Of a stretch of DNA of 38,437 nt, positions 27,027-35,790 are shown one piece after another (within the stretch, counting starts at the first letter, position 1; every line of letters starts with the position of its first letter). The position numbers were made by a program, and so were the translations under genes. The notes beneath the pieces were generated by a model. It was not told the DNA's origin. It did not search any database and saw only the letters and a list, made by a program, of their open reading frames with translations. Source of the stretch: Armatimonadota bacterium (GTDB lineage Bacteria; Armatimonadota; UBA5829; DTLH01); NCBI GenBank assembly GCA_039679675.1, contig JBDKUN010000027.1:1-38437 (forward strand), written 5' to 3'.

Positions 27027-29768
27027 CTAATGAATGTGTTGATAATCTATCTCCCACTGTCTGACAGCCGCGGGTTTACTCTCCAGCGCTGCGGCTATGA
27101 TCGCTATGTCGTCTCTAATGTTGCCTTCCGCGAAGTTCCGCGTCTCTTCACAGATCATCTCGACCATCTCTTCAGGCCCCAGTTCGGCATGCCGGAAAAG
27201 AATGTCCTGAAGCCCTTCAGTGGAAAGTATTTCGCCATTGCGCCGCGCCTCTATGATCCCGTCGGTGTACAAAAGGAGCAGGTCTCCGGGTGACAGAAAA
27301 GCTTCCCTCTCCTCATACTTCGAATCTTCCGTATAACCGACCGGAATGCCGGTGCGGTACAGCATTATCTGCTGTTTACCTGAGTGTGTGAGAATGATCG
27401 CAGGCGGATGCCCCGCGTTTGCGTAGACTATCGAGCCGGCAGCTGGATCGATGATCGCACAAAAAACTGTCACTATCGCAATGCTGCCGAAATAGTTCAC
27501 AATGGCACGGTTCAGCATATCAAGCGCTGCTGCGGGGCTCTCCTGCCACTGGAAGATGAACGCGCGGGCCATATACCTCACCATTGCCGTATGCACCGCG
27601 GCCTGAATACCCTTGCCTGAGACATCAGCTATCAACAGCGCGGTCTTTCCGTTCGGCAGAGCGATAGCATCGAAAAGGTCACCGCCTACACGGGCCTCGT
27701 CTAGAGCTGATAGATATTTATTGCCAAGCATCAACCCGCCGAGTCTGTTCGGAATCACGCCCACCAGCATGCTCTGCAGCGTTTCAGCTATCCTGTTCTC
27801 TCTGCTGAACATTTTCGCATTGGCAATTACGACTGCAGCGTGGCTCGCAATGGCTGAAAGCAGTTCGATCTCCTTCTGCTCGGATTTATCGTCGAGTTTT
27901 TTCCAGACTACGACGGCCCCGACGGCATTTTCACCGGCCATGAGCGGGATATATATACGGGTTACAGCACCTTCATCCGCCGGAGCTTTGTCCTGTTGTG
28001 CATCACGGCAGATTTCTGCCGAAACCGAACATTTCGTTCGATCCTGCAGCTCCATCTCCAGATCTTTCAGGCATTTCCTGCTCAAATTGCTCGATTCCGC
28101 TACAGTGAGCCTCCCGCTGCCGTCAGTAAGAAGTATGGCGCAGGCTTCTGCCCACATAACATCTTCCGTCGTCCTTACCAAAGCATACAGGACCTGTCTT
28201 AAGTCCAGCGATGCGGATATCGACTCGTCCACTCTTCTCAGCGAGTCCAGCGTATCGATCAATTCCTCCGTACGTCCATGTGTACAGGCGTTATGGACGG
28301 CTATCGCGGCGCATGACCCGAAAGACTCAAGAAAACTGATCCTGTCCTCCAACTGCATCTTCGAATAGTCTTCGCCGGGAAATGTGGTTATCAATACACC
28401 TACCGGGCGGCTTCCGACTACCAGAGGGACCGTAACAACCGGCAATTCCCCGGCTTTCGGGCAGGAATAAGCCACAACACCGGGAGCGGGCATATCTCCA
28501 AGTGAATCCAGGGCATGCCGGGCAAACCCCAGCATCGCTGCAGAAAATGCATCGTCTCCGGATTCGGGTGTAAGGATCGGCTCGATTTCACAGCTCTCGC
28601 CACTGACCCTGTAGATGATCACATGCTCCACCCCGAACTGAGACTTCAGTATATCTTCGATAGACGATGCTACTACCTTTACATCCAGGCTTGCGGATAC
28701 TGTTTTTGTTACGTCCAAAAGACTCTGCTGGACACGTGTCGTCAACCAAAGCGCTCTTTGCTGGGTCTCAAGGCTATCTGCCATTTTGTTGAAGTTGGCC
28801 GCAAGCGAATGCAGCTCGTCGTTGGTATTTATTTTTACCCTGCGCCTCAGGTCGCCGACAGCTACGGCAGCGGCAGCGCGTGAGAGCTTCCTTATCGGGC
28901 TGGCTATTCGATTGCCGATGATGAAGAATATCAAAATCGCCAGAACTGCCGACATCGCCCACAGCAAAGGTATATAAACACCGGCAGCTGAAGTATTACT
29001 TACTTCGGGCCGCTCCAGCACGGCGATACGCCAGCCGGACCCCTCGCAAACAGTCCCCCATCCGCAAACATCCGGACTATCGAATTTATAGAACTGCCCC
29101 TCAGCCATTTCCGGGCTGAACAATGCCTTATGAATCGACCTTTGATCTATACTGCCGCTGGTCTGGGAAACAACGCAGCCGTCGCGGTCCAATACCACAA
29201 TACAATGGGACTCACCAGCGAAATCATGCAGCACGCGCGTGACTGCATCTGCCAATACGACTACATAAAGGATATTAAGGTGGTTATCCGCCGTAGGGGC
29301 TGGAATGGTTATCGTGAAGACCGGTTGTCCACCTAACCGGCTGACAGCAGAAACACATGGAACGGACCTGAGGATGGCGGGCGGGAGTGCGGCAAGTTTT
29401 CCGCCTGGCGGAAGCGCCGGGTATCTGCAGATCAGATGCCCTTTCTCATCCATCAACCCGGCAGCGATGAAATTCTGGTTGCCATTGACCAGCAGTTGGA
29501 GTTTTTGCTCTATATACTCGGGTTTTTTGTTTTTACCCAGTGTGCTGAGGGTCAGTTTGAGGCATTCTGTGGAACTGTCCAGGGCACTTTCTACACCGGT
29601 CTGCGCAGCTTTGGCCTGCGCAAGCATAGAATCCGACGCGAGTTTGTAGTAACTCTGGCTGTACTCGCGGTGGGTGACGAATTGAAGCGCCGCCATAAGC
29701 AAGAACACCAGAAAAAATGTAGCCAGGAGTTTTCCTGTGATGCTTCGGAAGCCAAGTCTCGCGCTCAT
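27027..29768 (-). CDS. Membrane sensor SpoIIE/RsbU-type PP2C phosphatase (TM, Cache-like, TM, HAMP, two GAF, PP2C)
   Basis: HAMP 'PIRKL...GDL...DELHSLAANFNKM'; two GAF-like segments; PP2C 'GGDLFD', 'ADVSGKG', 'ANAGHPP', 'YTDGIIEAR', 'DDIAII'. ATG 29768 preferred to 29837. Confidence 0.9.
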   Translation of the reverse strand: MSARLGFRSITGKLLATFFLVFLLMAALQFVTHREYSQSYYKLASDSMLAQAKAAQTGVESALDSSTECLKLTLSTLGKNKKPEYIEQKLQLLVNGNQNFIAAGLMDEKGHLICRYPALPPGGKLAALPPAILRSVPCVSAVSRLGGQPVFTITIPAPTADNHLNILYVVVLADAVTRVLHDFAGESHCIVVLDRDGCVVSQTSGSIDQRSIHKALFSPEMAEGQFYKFDSPDVCGWGTVCEGSGWRIAVLERPEVSNTSAAGVYIPLLWAMSAVLAILIFFIIGNRIASPIRKLSRAAAAVAVGDLRRRVKINTNDELHSLAANFNKMADSLETQQRALWLTTRVQQSLLDVTKTVSASLDVKVVASSIEDILKSQFGVEHVIIYRVSGESCEIEPILTPESGDDAFSAAMLGFARHALDSLGDMPAPGVVAYSCPKAGELPVVTVPLVVGSRPVGVLITTFPGEDYSKMQLEDRISFLESFGSCAAIAVHNACTHGRTEELIDTLDSLRRVDESISASLDLRQVLYALVRTTEDVMWAEACAILLTDGSGRLTVAESSNLSRKCLKDLEMELQDRTKCSVSAEICRDAQQDKAPADEGAVTRIYIPLMAGENAVGAVVVWKKLDDKSEQKEIELLSAIASHAAVVIANAKMFSRENRIAETLQSMLVGVIPNRLGGLMLGNKYLSALDEARVGGDLFDAIALPNGKTALLIADVSGKGIQAAVHTAMVRYMARAFIFQWQESPAAALDMLNRAIVNYFGSIAIVTVFCAIIDPAAGSIVYANAGHPPAIILTHSGKQQIMLYRTGIPVGYTEDSKYEEREAFLSPGDLLLLYTDGIIEARRNGEILSTEGLQDILFRHAELGPEEMVEMICEETRNFAEGNIRDDIAIIAAALESKPAAVRQWEIDYQHIH

Positions 29769-29874
29769 ACGTATCAACCAACTCCATTGCAAGCATCCAT
29801 TACAAACGCAGAGGAAGTATAACCACCTGTCAGGCATTTGTCAATATGTCTGGCTGCTTTTTTGCATCCTTTTC

Positions 29875-29904
29875 TTGCTCTCAGCTTGTCATGTAGGTTA
29901 TAAT
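29875..29904 (+). promoter_or_regulatory. Putative sigma70 promoter for cinA-thpR-recA
   Basis: TTGCTC (29875-29880), 18 nt, TATAAT (29899-29904); GGAGG RBS before TTG 29945. Confidence 0.5.
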
Positions 29905-29944
29905 AAGCTGTCAGCATTGTGACTTTTATCTGCGGAGGACTAAT

Positions 29945-31180
29945 TTGCGCGCTGAAATTATATCGGTCGGAACAGAGCTTTTGCTCGGCCAGATCGTTGA
30001 TACTGATGCTGCACATCTTTCGCGCCTCTTAGCTGAGTTGGGAATTGACCTCTACCGCAGAAGCACCGTCGGGGACAATTACGAGCGCGCCGTGGAGATG
30101 GTCCGCACGGCGGTTTCACGAGCTGATATAGTCTTTACCATCGGCGGATTGGGGCCTACTGAAGACGATCTAACCAAAGAAGCCGCCGCAGAAGCGCTTG
30201 GCGTAGAGCTTGTTCTGGATGAAGACTCAGCAAATCGCGTGCGCGAATATTTCGCTTCACGCGGGCTTCATATGCCGGAACGGAACATTAAGCAGGCGTT
30301 TCTTCCCAAAGAAGGCCGTGGCCTTCCCAATGATTTCGGAACCGCGCCGGGAGCCGTCTTCGAGCATGATGGAAAGATAGTAATATGCCTTCCGGGGCCG
30401 CCTCAGGAGTTCGTCCCGATGGTAGAGCAAGGCGTACTGCCGTATCTTCGGGAAAAGACCGGCGGCAGGACGGCGCTTATCAAATCAAAAGTTTTGAAAA
30501 TTGCAGGTCTTGGCGAGTCGGCGGTCGAAGAGCAGGTATTAGACCTTCTCGGAAGTGAGAACCCGACTGTTGCGCCGCTTGCGCATCCGGGTGAAGTCCA
30601 TTTAAGGATAACGGCAAAAGCTGATGATATGGAATCAGCCGACCGGATGATTCGTGAAGTCGAACTTAAACTTAGAGAACGGCTCGGAGACGTTGTATTC
30701 GGAGCGGATGGAGAAACCCTTGAGCAGGTAGCCGTCGAGAGGTTAATCGAGAAAAAACTCACTCTCGCGCTTGCGGAATCCTGCACGGGAGGGCTTCTTT
30801 CTAACCGGATAACAAATATTCCCGGAAGTTCTGCTGCATTACTTGCAGGAATTGTCGCCTACAGTAATGAATCTAAAGTTAAGTTCCTTGGAGTGCCTCG
30901 GGACATTATAGAGAAACATGGCGCCGTAAGCCATGAGACGGCGAAAGCTATGGCGTCAGGCGTGAGAATTGCTACCGGGGCGAATATCGGAATGGGGATA
31001 ACAGGTATTGCCGGGCCGGGGGGAGCGACAGCGACCAAACCGGTCGGGCTTGTGTATATCGCAATCAGCTCGGAGGGTGAAGAATCCTCCGTTGAATATC
31101 GATTTGCCGGTTCACGGCTGGATGTCAAGGCCCGCAGCGCTCAAGCTGCGCTGGTCATGCTGAGGTGTCACCTGCTCTAA
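29945..31180 (+). CDS. cinA: Competence/damage-inducible protein CinA (MoCF-like + NMN deamidase)
   Basis: 'EIISVGTELLLGQIVDT', 'GGLGPTEDDLT', 'LPGPP', 'AESCTGG', 'ITGIAGPGG'. Confidence 0.96.
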   Translation: MRAEIISVGTELLLGQIVDTDAAHLSRLLAELGIDLYRRSTVGDNYERAVEMVRTAVSRADIVFTIGGLGPTEDDLTKEAAAEALGVELVLDEDSANRVREYFASRGLHMPERNIKQAFLPKEGRGLPNDFGTAPGAVFEHDGKIVICLPGPPQEFVPMVEQGVLPYLREKTGGRTALIKSKVLKIAGLGESAVEEQVLDLLGSENPTVAPLAHPGEVHLRITAKADDMESADRMIREVELKLRERLGDVVFGADGETLEQVAVERLIEKKLTLALAESCTGGLLSNRITNIPGSSAALLAGIVAYSNESKVKFLGVPRDIIEKHGAVSHETAKAMASGVRIATGANIGMGITGIAGPGGATATKPVGLVYIAISSEGEESSVEYRFAGSRLDVKARSAQAALVMLRCHLL

Positions 31181-31193
31181 CATCCCCCACAAT

Positions 31194-31252
31194 GAGTTTC
31201 AGTGATGTCTGAAACTCTCCTGAAAGAGGTTTTCGTCTATAGACGGAAACCT
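31194..31252. promoter_or_regulatory. Two adjacent palindromes between cinA and thpR
   Basis: GAGTTTCAG-N6-CTGAAACTC (31194-31217) and near-perfect loopless AGGTTTTCGTCTA/TAGACGGAAACCT (31227-31252). Function unknown. Confidence 0.45.
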
Positions 31253-31278
31253 GTAAATAGAAAACGGAGTTTATCCGT

Positions 31279-31863
31279 ATGCCCGATGAGATACGAACAT
31301 TCGTAGCCGTCTTGATTTCCGACAGCCTGAAGCGTAGAATATCTTCAGTTCAAGAAGAGTTCATAAAAGTCGCCCCGGCAGTCAAATGGGTCGCCAACGA
31401 GAACTATCATATCACTATTAAGTTCCTGGGCGGTGTAAAAAGCGACCGAATTAAGGCCATTTCACAGGCTATAGAAGAGGCGGTACGCTATATCGAGCCG
31501 TTTGACGTGGAATTGGGCGGAGCAGGCGCGTTTCCAAACCCCGGCAGGCCAAAAACTGTCTGGGTGGGAGTAACATCGGGAAGCGAAATGCTCGCAAAAA
31601 TAGCAGGGCGAGTGGATGACGCACTCGAAAAGCTCGGATTTGAGAAAGAAACCAGACCATTTAAGTCTCATATAACAATCGGAAGAGTAAAAGACAGCCG
31701 CGACGCAAAAGAGCTCGGCCCCGTGCTTGAAAGTGCGAAAACCGGGCGGTTGGGATCGTTCAAAGTTGAGTCCGTCGCGGTTATGAAGAGCGATTTAAGA
31801 AGAGAAGGACCAGTTTATTCGGTAATTCGGGAGGTTCGCCTTTCGGATACCGGAGGGGAGTAA
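31279..31863 (+). CDS. thpR: RNA 2',3'-cyclic phosphodiesterase (2H family, LigT)
   Basis: 'RTFVAV', two HxT motifs ('YHITIKFLG', 'FKSHITIGR'); cinA-thpR-recA context. Confidence 0.93.
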   Translation: MPDEIRTFVAVLISDSLKRRISSVQEEFIKVAPAVKWVANENYHITIKFLGGVKSDRIKAISQAIEEAVRYIEPFDVELGGAGAFPNPGRPKTVWVGVTSGSEMLAKIAGRVDDALEKLGFEKETRPFKSHITIGRVKDSRDAKELGPVLESAKTGRLGSFKVESVAVMKSDLRREGPVYSVIREVRLSDTGGE

Positions 31864-31870
31864 GTCACTG

Positions 31871-32893
31871 ATGGATAAGCAGAAAGCGCTGGATCTGGCG
31901 CTTGCCCAGATAGAAAAGCAATTTGGGCGCGGCGCGGTAATTAGACTTGGAGAAAAGCCTAAGGTCGAATCGGATGTCATTCCGACGGGATCGATTGCGC
32001 TCGATATGGCACTTGGAATCGGCGGCATCCCGCGAGGCAGAATTACAGAGATTTACGGGCAGGAATCATCAGGAAAGACCACTCTTGCCTATCATATCGT
32101 AGCCGAGGCCCAGAAGGCGGGCGGCACAGCCGCGTTTGTCGACGCAGAGCACGCGGTCGATCCGACTTATGCGAAAAACCTCGGAGTAGACATCGACAGC
32201 CTCCTGGTCTCACAGCCTGGAACGGGTGAAGAAGCGCTGGAGATCGTAGACGCGCTCATCAGAAGCGGGGCAGTAGATGTAGTAGTCCTTGACTCCGTGG
32301 CCGCGCTCGTGCCTAAGGCCGAGATAGAAGGGGATATGGGTGACTCCCACGTCGGAATGCAGGCGAGACTCATGTCCCAGGCAATGCGGAAAATCGGCGG
32401 TTCCGTCTCCAAGACAAACTCCGCCGCGATCTTCATCAACCAGATCAGAGAAAAGATCGGCATTATGTTCGGCAACCCTGAGACCACTCCGGGAGGAAGA
32501 GCGCTCAAGTTCTGGTCATCCGTCAGGCTCGAAGTCCGCAAGATCGATACCATCAAGACCGGAAGCGAAGTTATGGGGACAAGGGTCCGGGTGAAGGTAC
32601 AGAAGAACAAGGTCGCACCGCCGTTCAGGCAGGCTGAGTTCGACGTTATGTTCAGCAAGGGCATCTCGAAGAGCGGCGGAATTCTCGATCTGGCTACGGA
32701 GCTTGGATTCGTCAATAAGTCCGGCACATGGTTCACCTGTGGTGAGCAGAGGCTGGGCCAGGGACGAGAGAACGCAAAGCAGTATTTAGAGGAACACCCT
32801 GATATCATGGACTCGCTTGAGGCCGCAATCAGAGCAAATAGCAGCGAAGAGCAGCCCGAAGAAGCTGCTGCTTCCACTGAACAGGAAAGCTGA
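31871..32893 (+). CDS. recA: Recombinase RecA
   Basis: 'IEKQFG', Walker A 'GQESSGKTT', 'DAEHA', 'DSVAAL', '[11 protein letters not shown]', 'KNKVAPPF'. Confidence 0.99.
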   Translation: MDKQKALDLALAQIEKQFGRGAVIRLGEKPKVESDVIPTGSIALDMALGIGGIPRGRITEIYGQESSGKTTLAYHIVAEAQKAGGTAAFVDAEHAVDPTYAKNLGVDIDSLLVSQPGTGEEALEIVDALIRSGAVDVVVLDSVAALVPKAEIEGDMGDSHVGMQARLMSQAMRKIGGSVSKTNSAAIFINQIREKIGIMFGNPETTPGGRALKFWSSVRLEVRKIDTIKTGSEVMGTRVRVKVQKNKVAPPFRQAEFDVMFSKGISKSGGILDLATELGFVNKSGTWFTCGEQRLGQGRENAKQYLEEHPDIMDSLEAAIRANSSEEQPEEAAASTEQES

Positions 32894-32901
32894 GAGTTTT
32901 T

Positions 32902-33118
32902 ATCACGAAAACACTAAAGGGAGAAAGGGCCTACCGGCCCGCTTCGGCAGCAAGCAGTCCGAAGCAACAGAAATAGGATTTAGGAATTGGTGGAAAGTGT
33001 GCTTCGGGATGCTATTCCAAAGCATAAGAAATTTTTCCTTCTCTATCCTATGCTTCGGGACCGCAGTTCGTCCCGAAGCACGGATCGCCACCTATTCATT
33101 CTGTTCCGATTTCGTGAT
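32902..33118. repeat. 217-bp element with terminal inverted repeats and three internal GCTTCGG...GAAGC-type hairpins (MITE/REP-cluster-like)
   Basis: ATCACGAAA (32902-32910) / TTTCGTGAT (33110-33118); hairpins at 32941-32965, 33000-33024 and 33051-33080. Confidence 0.65.
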
Positions 33119-33149
33119 TGAGTAAAGATTGTCAGCTGAGAGCTAAAAG

Positions 33150-33776
33150 ATGGACGTTATAACGGCGATTGAGCAACAGAAAAGGCGCGGAAACAGGCGT
33201 TCCATCTATGTAAACGGCGAGTTTGTCGCCGGAGTCGGCGAAGAAGTGGTCGTCGACCTTGGGCTGAAGACAGGCCAAGAGGTCGATGGTGAAAGACTTG
33301 CCGAAGTGCTCCGCGCCGAGGAAGTGAGAAGCGCCAGGGAAGCTGCCCTGACACTCCTCGATTACCGGTCAAGGACCGGAAAAGAGCTGGAAAGAAGGCT
33401 GCTCCAAAAAGGCTATCCTGAGGATGTTGTATCCGCGGTTATTGAGCAGCTTGGAAATATCGATTTCGTCAACGACGGGCGTTTTGCAGCTGACTGGGTG
33501 GCAAGCCGGATCGTAAACAGGCCGATAGGCCGTTCCCAAATGAAATGGGAACTGAGGCGAAAGGGCGTTGCGCCGGAACTGGTCGAAGAAGCACTCGAAC
33601 AAGTAGACGAAGAAAAAGAGTTTGATATGGCTCTGGATCTAGCCGTAAAAAAACTTGGCGGCAAAGAGATAAATGATCCTGAGACGAAACGTAAGCTGGC
33701 TGGGTTTCTCCAGCGGCGAGGATTCCACTGGGAGATAGTCTCCCGGGTTATAGACAGGCTTTTGCCTGAAGACTAA
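33150..33776 (+). CDS. recX: Regulatory protein RecX
   Basis: 'ITAIEQQKR', 'ALTLLDYRSRT..EL..RL..KGY', 'VNDGRFA', 'ELRRKGV', 'FLQRRGF'; follows recA. Confidence 0.93.
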   Translation: MDVITAIEQQKRRGNRRSIYVNGEFVAGVGEEVVVDLGLKTGQEVDGERLAEVLRAEEVRSAREAALTLLDYRSRTGKELERRLLQKGYPEDVVSAVIEQLGNIDFVNDGRFAADWVASRIVNRPIGRSQMKWELRRKGVAPELVEEALEQVDEEKEFDMALDLAVKKLGGKEINDPETKRKLAGFLQRRGFHWEIVSRVIDRLLPED

Positions 33777-33789
33777 TAAATGTATACAG

Positions 33790-33951
33790 GAGGCGAGAGG
33801 AGGACACATCAGAGCGACATCACACGAGGTTTCGCACCACCGGGCAGGACGCCCGGAGTGTTAATAAATATATGAAATCAACATTAGTGTTAATACGGCT
33901 GATTAGTATCTTTCGCTCGACCTCACTAATCCCCATGATCGGGAGGTGAGG
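33790..33951 (+). promoter_or_regulatory. Candidate structured RNA leader of rny
   Basis: Long imperfect stem 33790-33812 / 33899-33924, inner hairpin 33840-33856, and competing helices over the GGAGGTGA RBS (33942-33949). Confidence 0.35.
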
Positions 33952-33956
33952 GAAAG

Positions 33957-35501
33957 TTGACCCCAATAGTGATAGGTGTAATCGTCGGTTTGGCAGCGGC
34001 AGTTGCCGGTGTAGCCGTCGGATTCACACTCTATATCAAGCCAAACCAACTTAAGGCCAAGGCGATGTTCGCCGAGGTCGATGAAGAAAAACGGCGGCTG
34101 GAAAAGGACATCGAGTCGCAGAAAAAGCTCGCAGAGCTTGAGGCTAAAGAAGAAGCCTATAAGATACGTTCTGAAATTGAGAAAGAAAATCGTGAAAAAC
34201 GCGCTGAAATCCAGCGGTTGGAGCGAAGACTGACTCAAAAAGAAGAGACGTTAGACCGAAGGCTCGATAATCTCGACAAAAAGGAACGGACACTGTCCGA
34301 AAAAGAGCAGGCTGCTTCCACCAAACTGGAAGAAGCGAACACCCTTGCTGAAAAACAGCTCGAAGAGCTGCAGCGGATAGCCCGGCTTTCCGCTGATGAT
34401 GCCCGCGATATGCTGCTTCGGCAGATAGAGCGGGAGTGCGAGCGCGAAGTCGCCCGCCGTATCAGGGAAACGGAAGACCAGATTCGTGAGGAGTGCGACA
34501 GGCGCGCACGCGACATCATAACAATCGCAGTCCAGCGCTGCGCTGTCGATCAGGCCGCCGAAACGACTGTCTCGGTCGTCCCGCTGCCCGGCGACGACAT
34601 GAAAGGCCGAATTATCGGCCGTGAAGGCCGGAACATCCGGGCGTTCGAGACGCTTACGGGCGTCGATCTAATCATCGACGACACCCCGGAGGCAGTAGTT
34701 ATATCGGGATTCGACCCTGTGAGAAGAGAGATCGCGCGAGCCGCGCTTTCCAACCTCATAGTTGATGGAAGGATTCATCCCGGCAGGATCGAGGAGACTG
34801 TAAACAAGGCCCGTGAGGAAATCGAAACCAAGATGCGGGAAGCCGCGGAGCAGGCGGTATTCGAAACTGGCGTTACCGGCCTTGACCCGGAACTGATCAA
34901 ACTCCTCGGCAGGCTGAAATACCGGACGAGCTACGGGCAGAATGTCCTGGACCACTCGATTGAGGTGGCCCATCTTGCCGGCGCGATGGCTGCCGAGCTC
35001 GGCGTAAACGTCCCGCTTGCAAAGCGCGCAGGCCTCTTGCATGACCTGGGCAAAGCCGTCGATTTCGAGGTTGAGGGGCCGCACGCGGTTATCTCTATGG
35101 ATCTCCTAAAGAGGTACAGGGAGCCTGCGGAAGTTATCCATGCGGTCGGAGCACACCATAATGACATAGAGCCGCATTCCGTGGAAGCGGTACTTGTTCT
35201 TGCCGCAGATGCAATATCTGCATCGAGGCCCGGCGCCAGGAGAGAGACGCTCGAAACCTACGTCAAACGGCTGCAGAAGCTGGAGACCATAGCCGACTCC
35301 TTCGAAGGGGTCGATAAGACCTACGCAGTCCAGGCCGGACGAGAGATCCGCGTTATGGTCAAGCCGGAGTCTGTCGACGATGACGGAGCCGCAAAACTTG
35401 CCCATGATGTGGCAAGAAAGATAGAAGACGAGATGGAATATCCCGGCCAGATCAAAGTTACGGTCATCCGGGAAGTTCGCGCGGTCGAACACGCGAAGTA
35501 A
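33957..35501 (+). CDS. rny: Ribonuclease Y
   Basis: N-terminal TM, coiled coil, KH '[12 protein letters not shown]', HD 'GLLHDLGKA', '[12 protein letters not shown]', '[12 protein letters not shown]'. Confidence 0.98.
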   Translation: MTPIVIGVIVGLAAAVAGVAVGFTLYIKPNQLKAKAMFAEVDEEKRRLEKDIESQKKLAELEAKEEAYKIRSEIEKENREKRAEIQRLERRLTQKEETLDRRLDNLDKKERTLSEKEQAASTKLEEANTLAEKQLEELQRIARLSADDARDMLLRQIERECEREVARRIRETEDQIREECDRRARDIITIAVQRCAVDQAAETTVSVVPLPGDDMKGRIIGREGRNIRAFETLTGVDLIIDDTPEAVVISGFDPVRREIARAALSNLIVDGRIHPGRIEETVNKAREEIETKMREAAEQAVFETGVTGLDPELIKLLGRLKYRTSYGQNVLDHSIEVAHLAGAMAAELGVNVPLAKRAGLLHDLGKAVDFEVEGPHAVISMDLLKRYREPAEVIHAVGAHHNDIEPHSVEAVLVLAADAISASRPGARRETLETYVKRLQKLETIADSFEGVDKTYAVQAGREIRVMVKPESVDDDGAAKLAHDVARKIEDEMEYPGQIKVTVIREVRAVEHAK

Positions 35502-35511
35502 ACTAGAAGAT

Positions 35512-35552
35512 AAAGAGCGCGGTGGTGTAGTACTGCCGCGCTCTTTTTGTTT
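35512..35552 (+). terminator. Intrinsic terminator after rny
   Basis: AAAGAGCGCGGTGGT / ACTGCCGCGCTCTTT stem followed by TTGTTT. Confidence 0.85.
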
Positions 35553-35760
35553 AGCTGTCAGCAGTCAGTTTTTGAACCACGGAGACGCGGAAGGTAGAGA
35601 TTTACAGCATCTACTCATATGCTACGAATCTCTGCCAATCTCTTTGGAGTGCGGCGGCTTGACGCCGCTTTTCTATCGAAATCTGATATATTTCAGCTTA
35701 GAAGATGAGGTTACGAACGTCGAGAAGGAAACTTCGGCGCAAAAAGCGCGCCGGAGTTTA
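35553..35760. repeat. Cluster of short hairpins/REP-like sequences between the rny terminator and the GH2 gene
   Basis: 7-mer unit AGCTGTCAGCAGTCAG; GGTAGAGATT/AATCTCTGCC (35593-35636); GCGGCG-N6-CGCCGC (35651-35668); AAACTTCGGCGC/GCGCCGGAGTTT (35729-35759). Confidence 0.5.
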
Positions 35761-35790
35761 AATAATATCATACTGTCGGAGACAATAGAA

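Noticed and set aside
31871..32893. Intein or intron in recA
   Set aside because: 340 aa, colinear with standard RecA; no insertion.
32941..33080. Mini CRISPR array (three palindromic units with 26-34-nt spacers)
   Set aside because: Units differ in length and central sequence, there are only three, and no cas gene is in the window; a REP/MITE-like element fits better.
33777..33956. 6S RNA
   Set aside because: Rod-like pairing is present, but I cannot identify the conserved central-bubble sequences by eye; kept only as a candidate leader.
35572..35790. 73-aa N-terminal extension of the GH2 ORF
   Set aside because: It runs through a hairpin/repeat cluster; ATG 35791 has an RBS and matches the family N-terminus.
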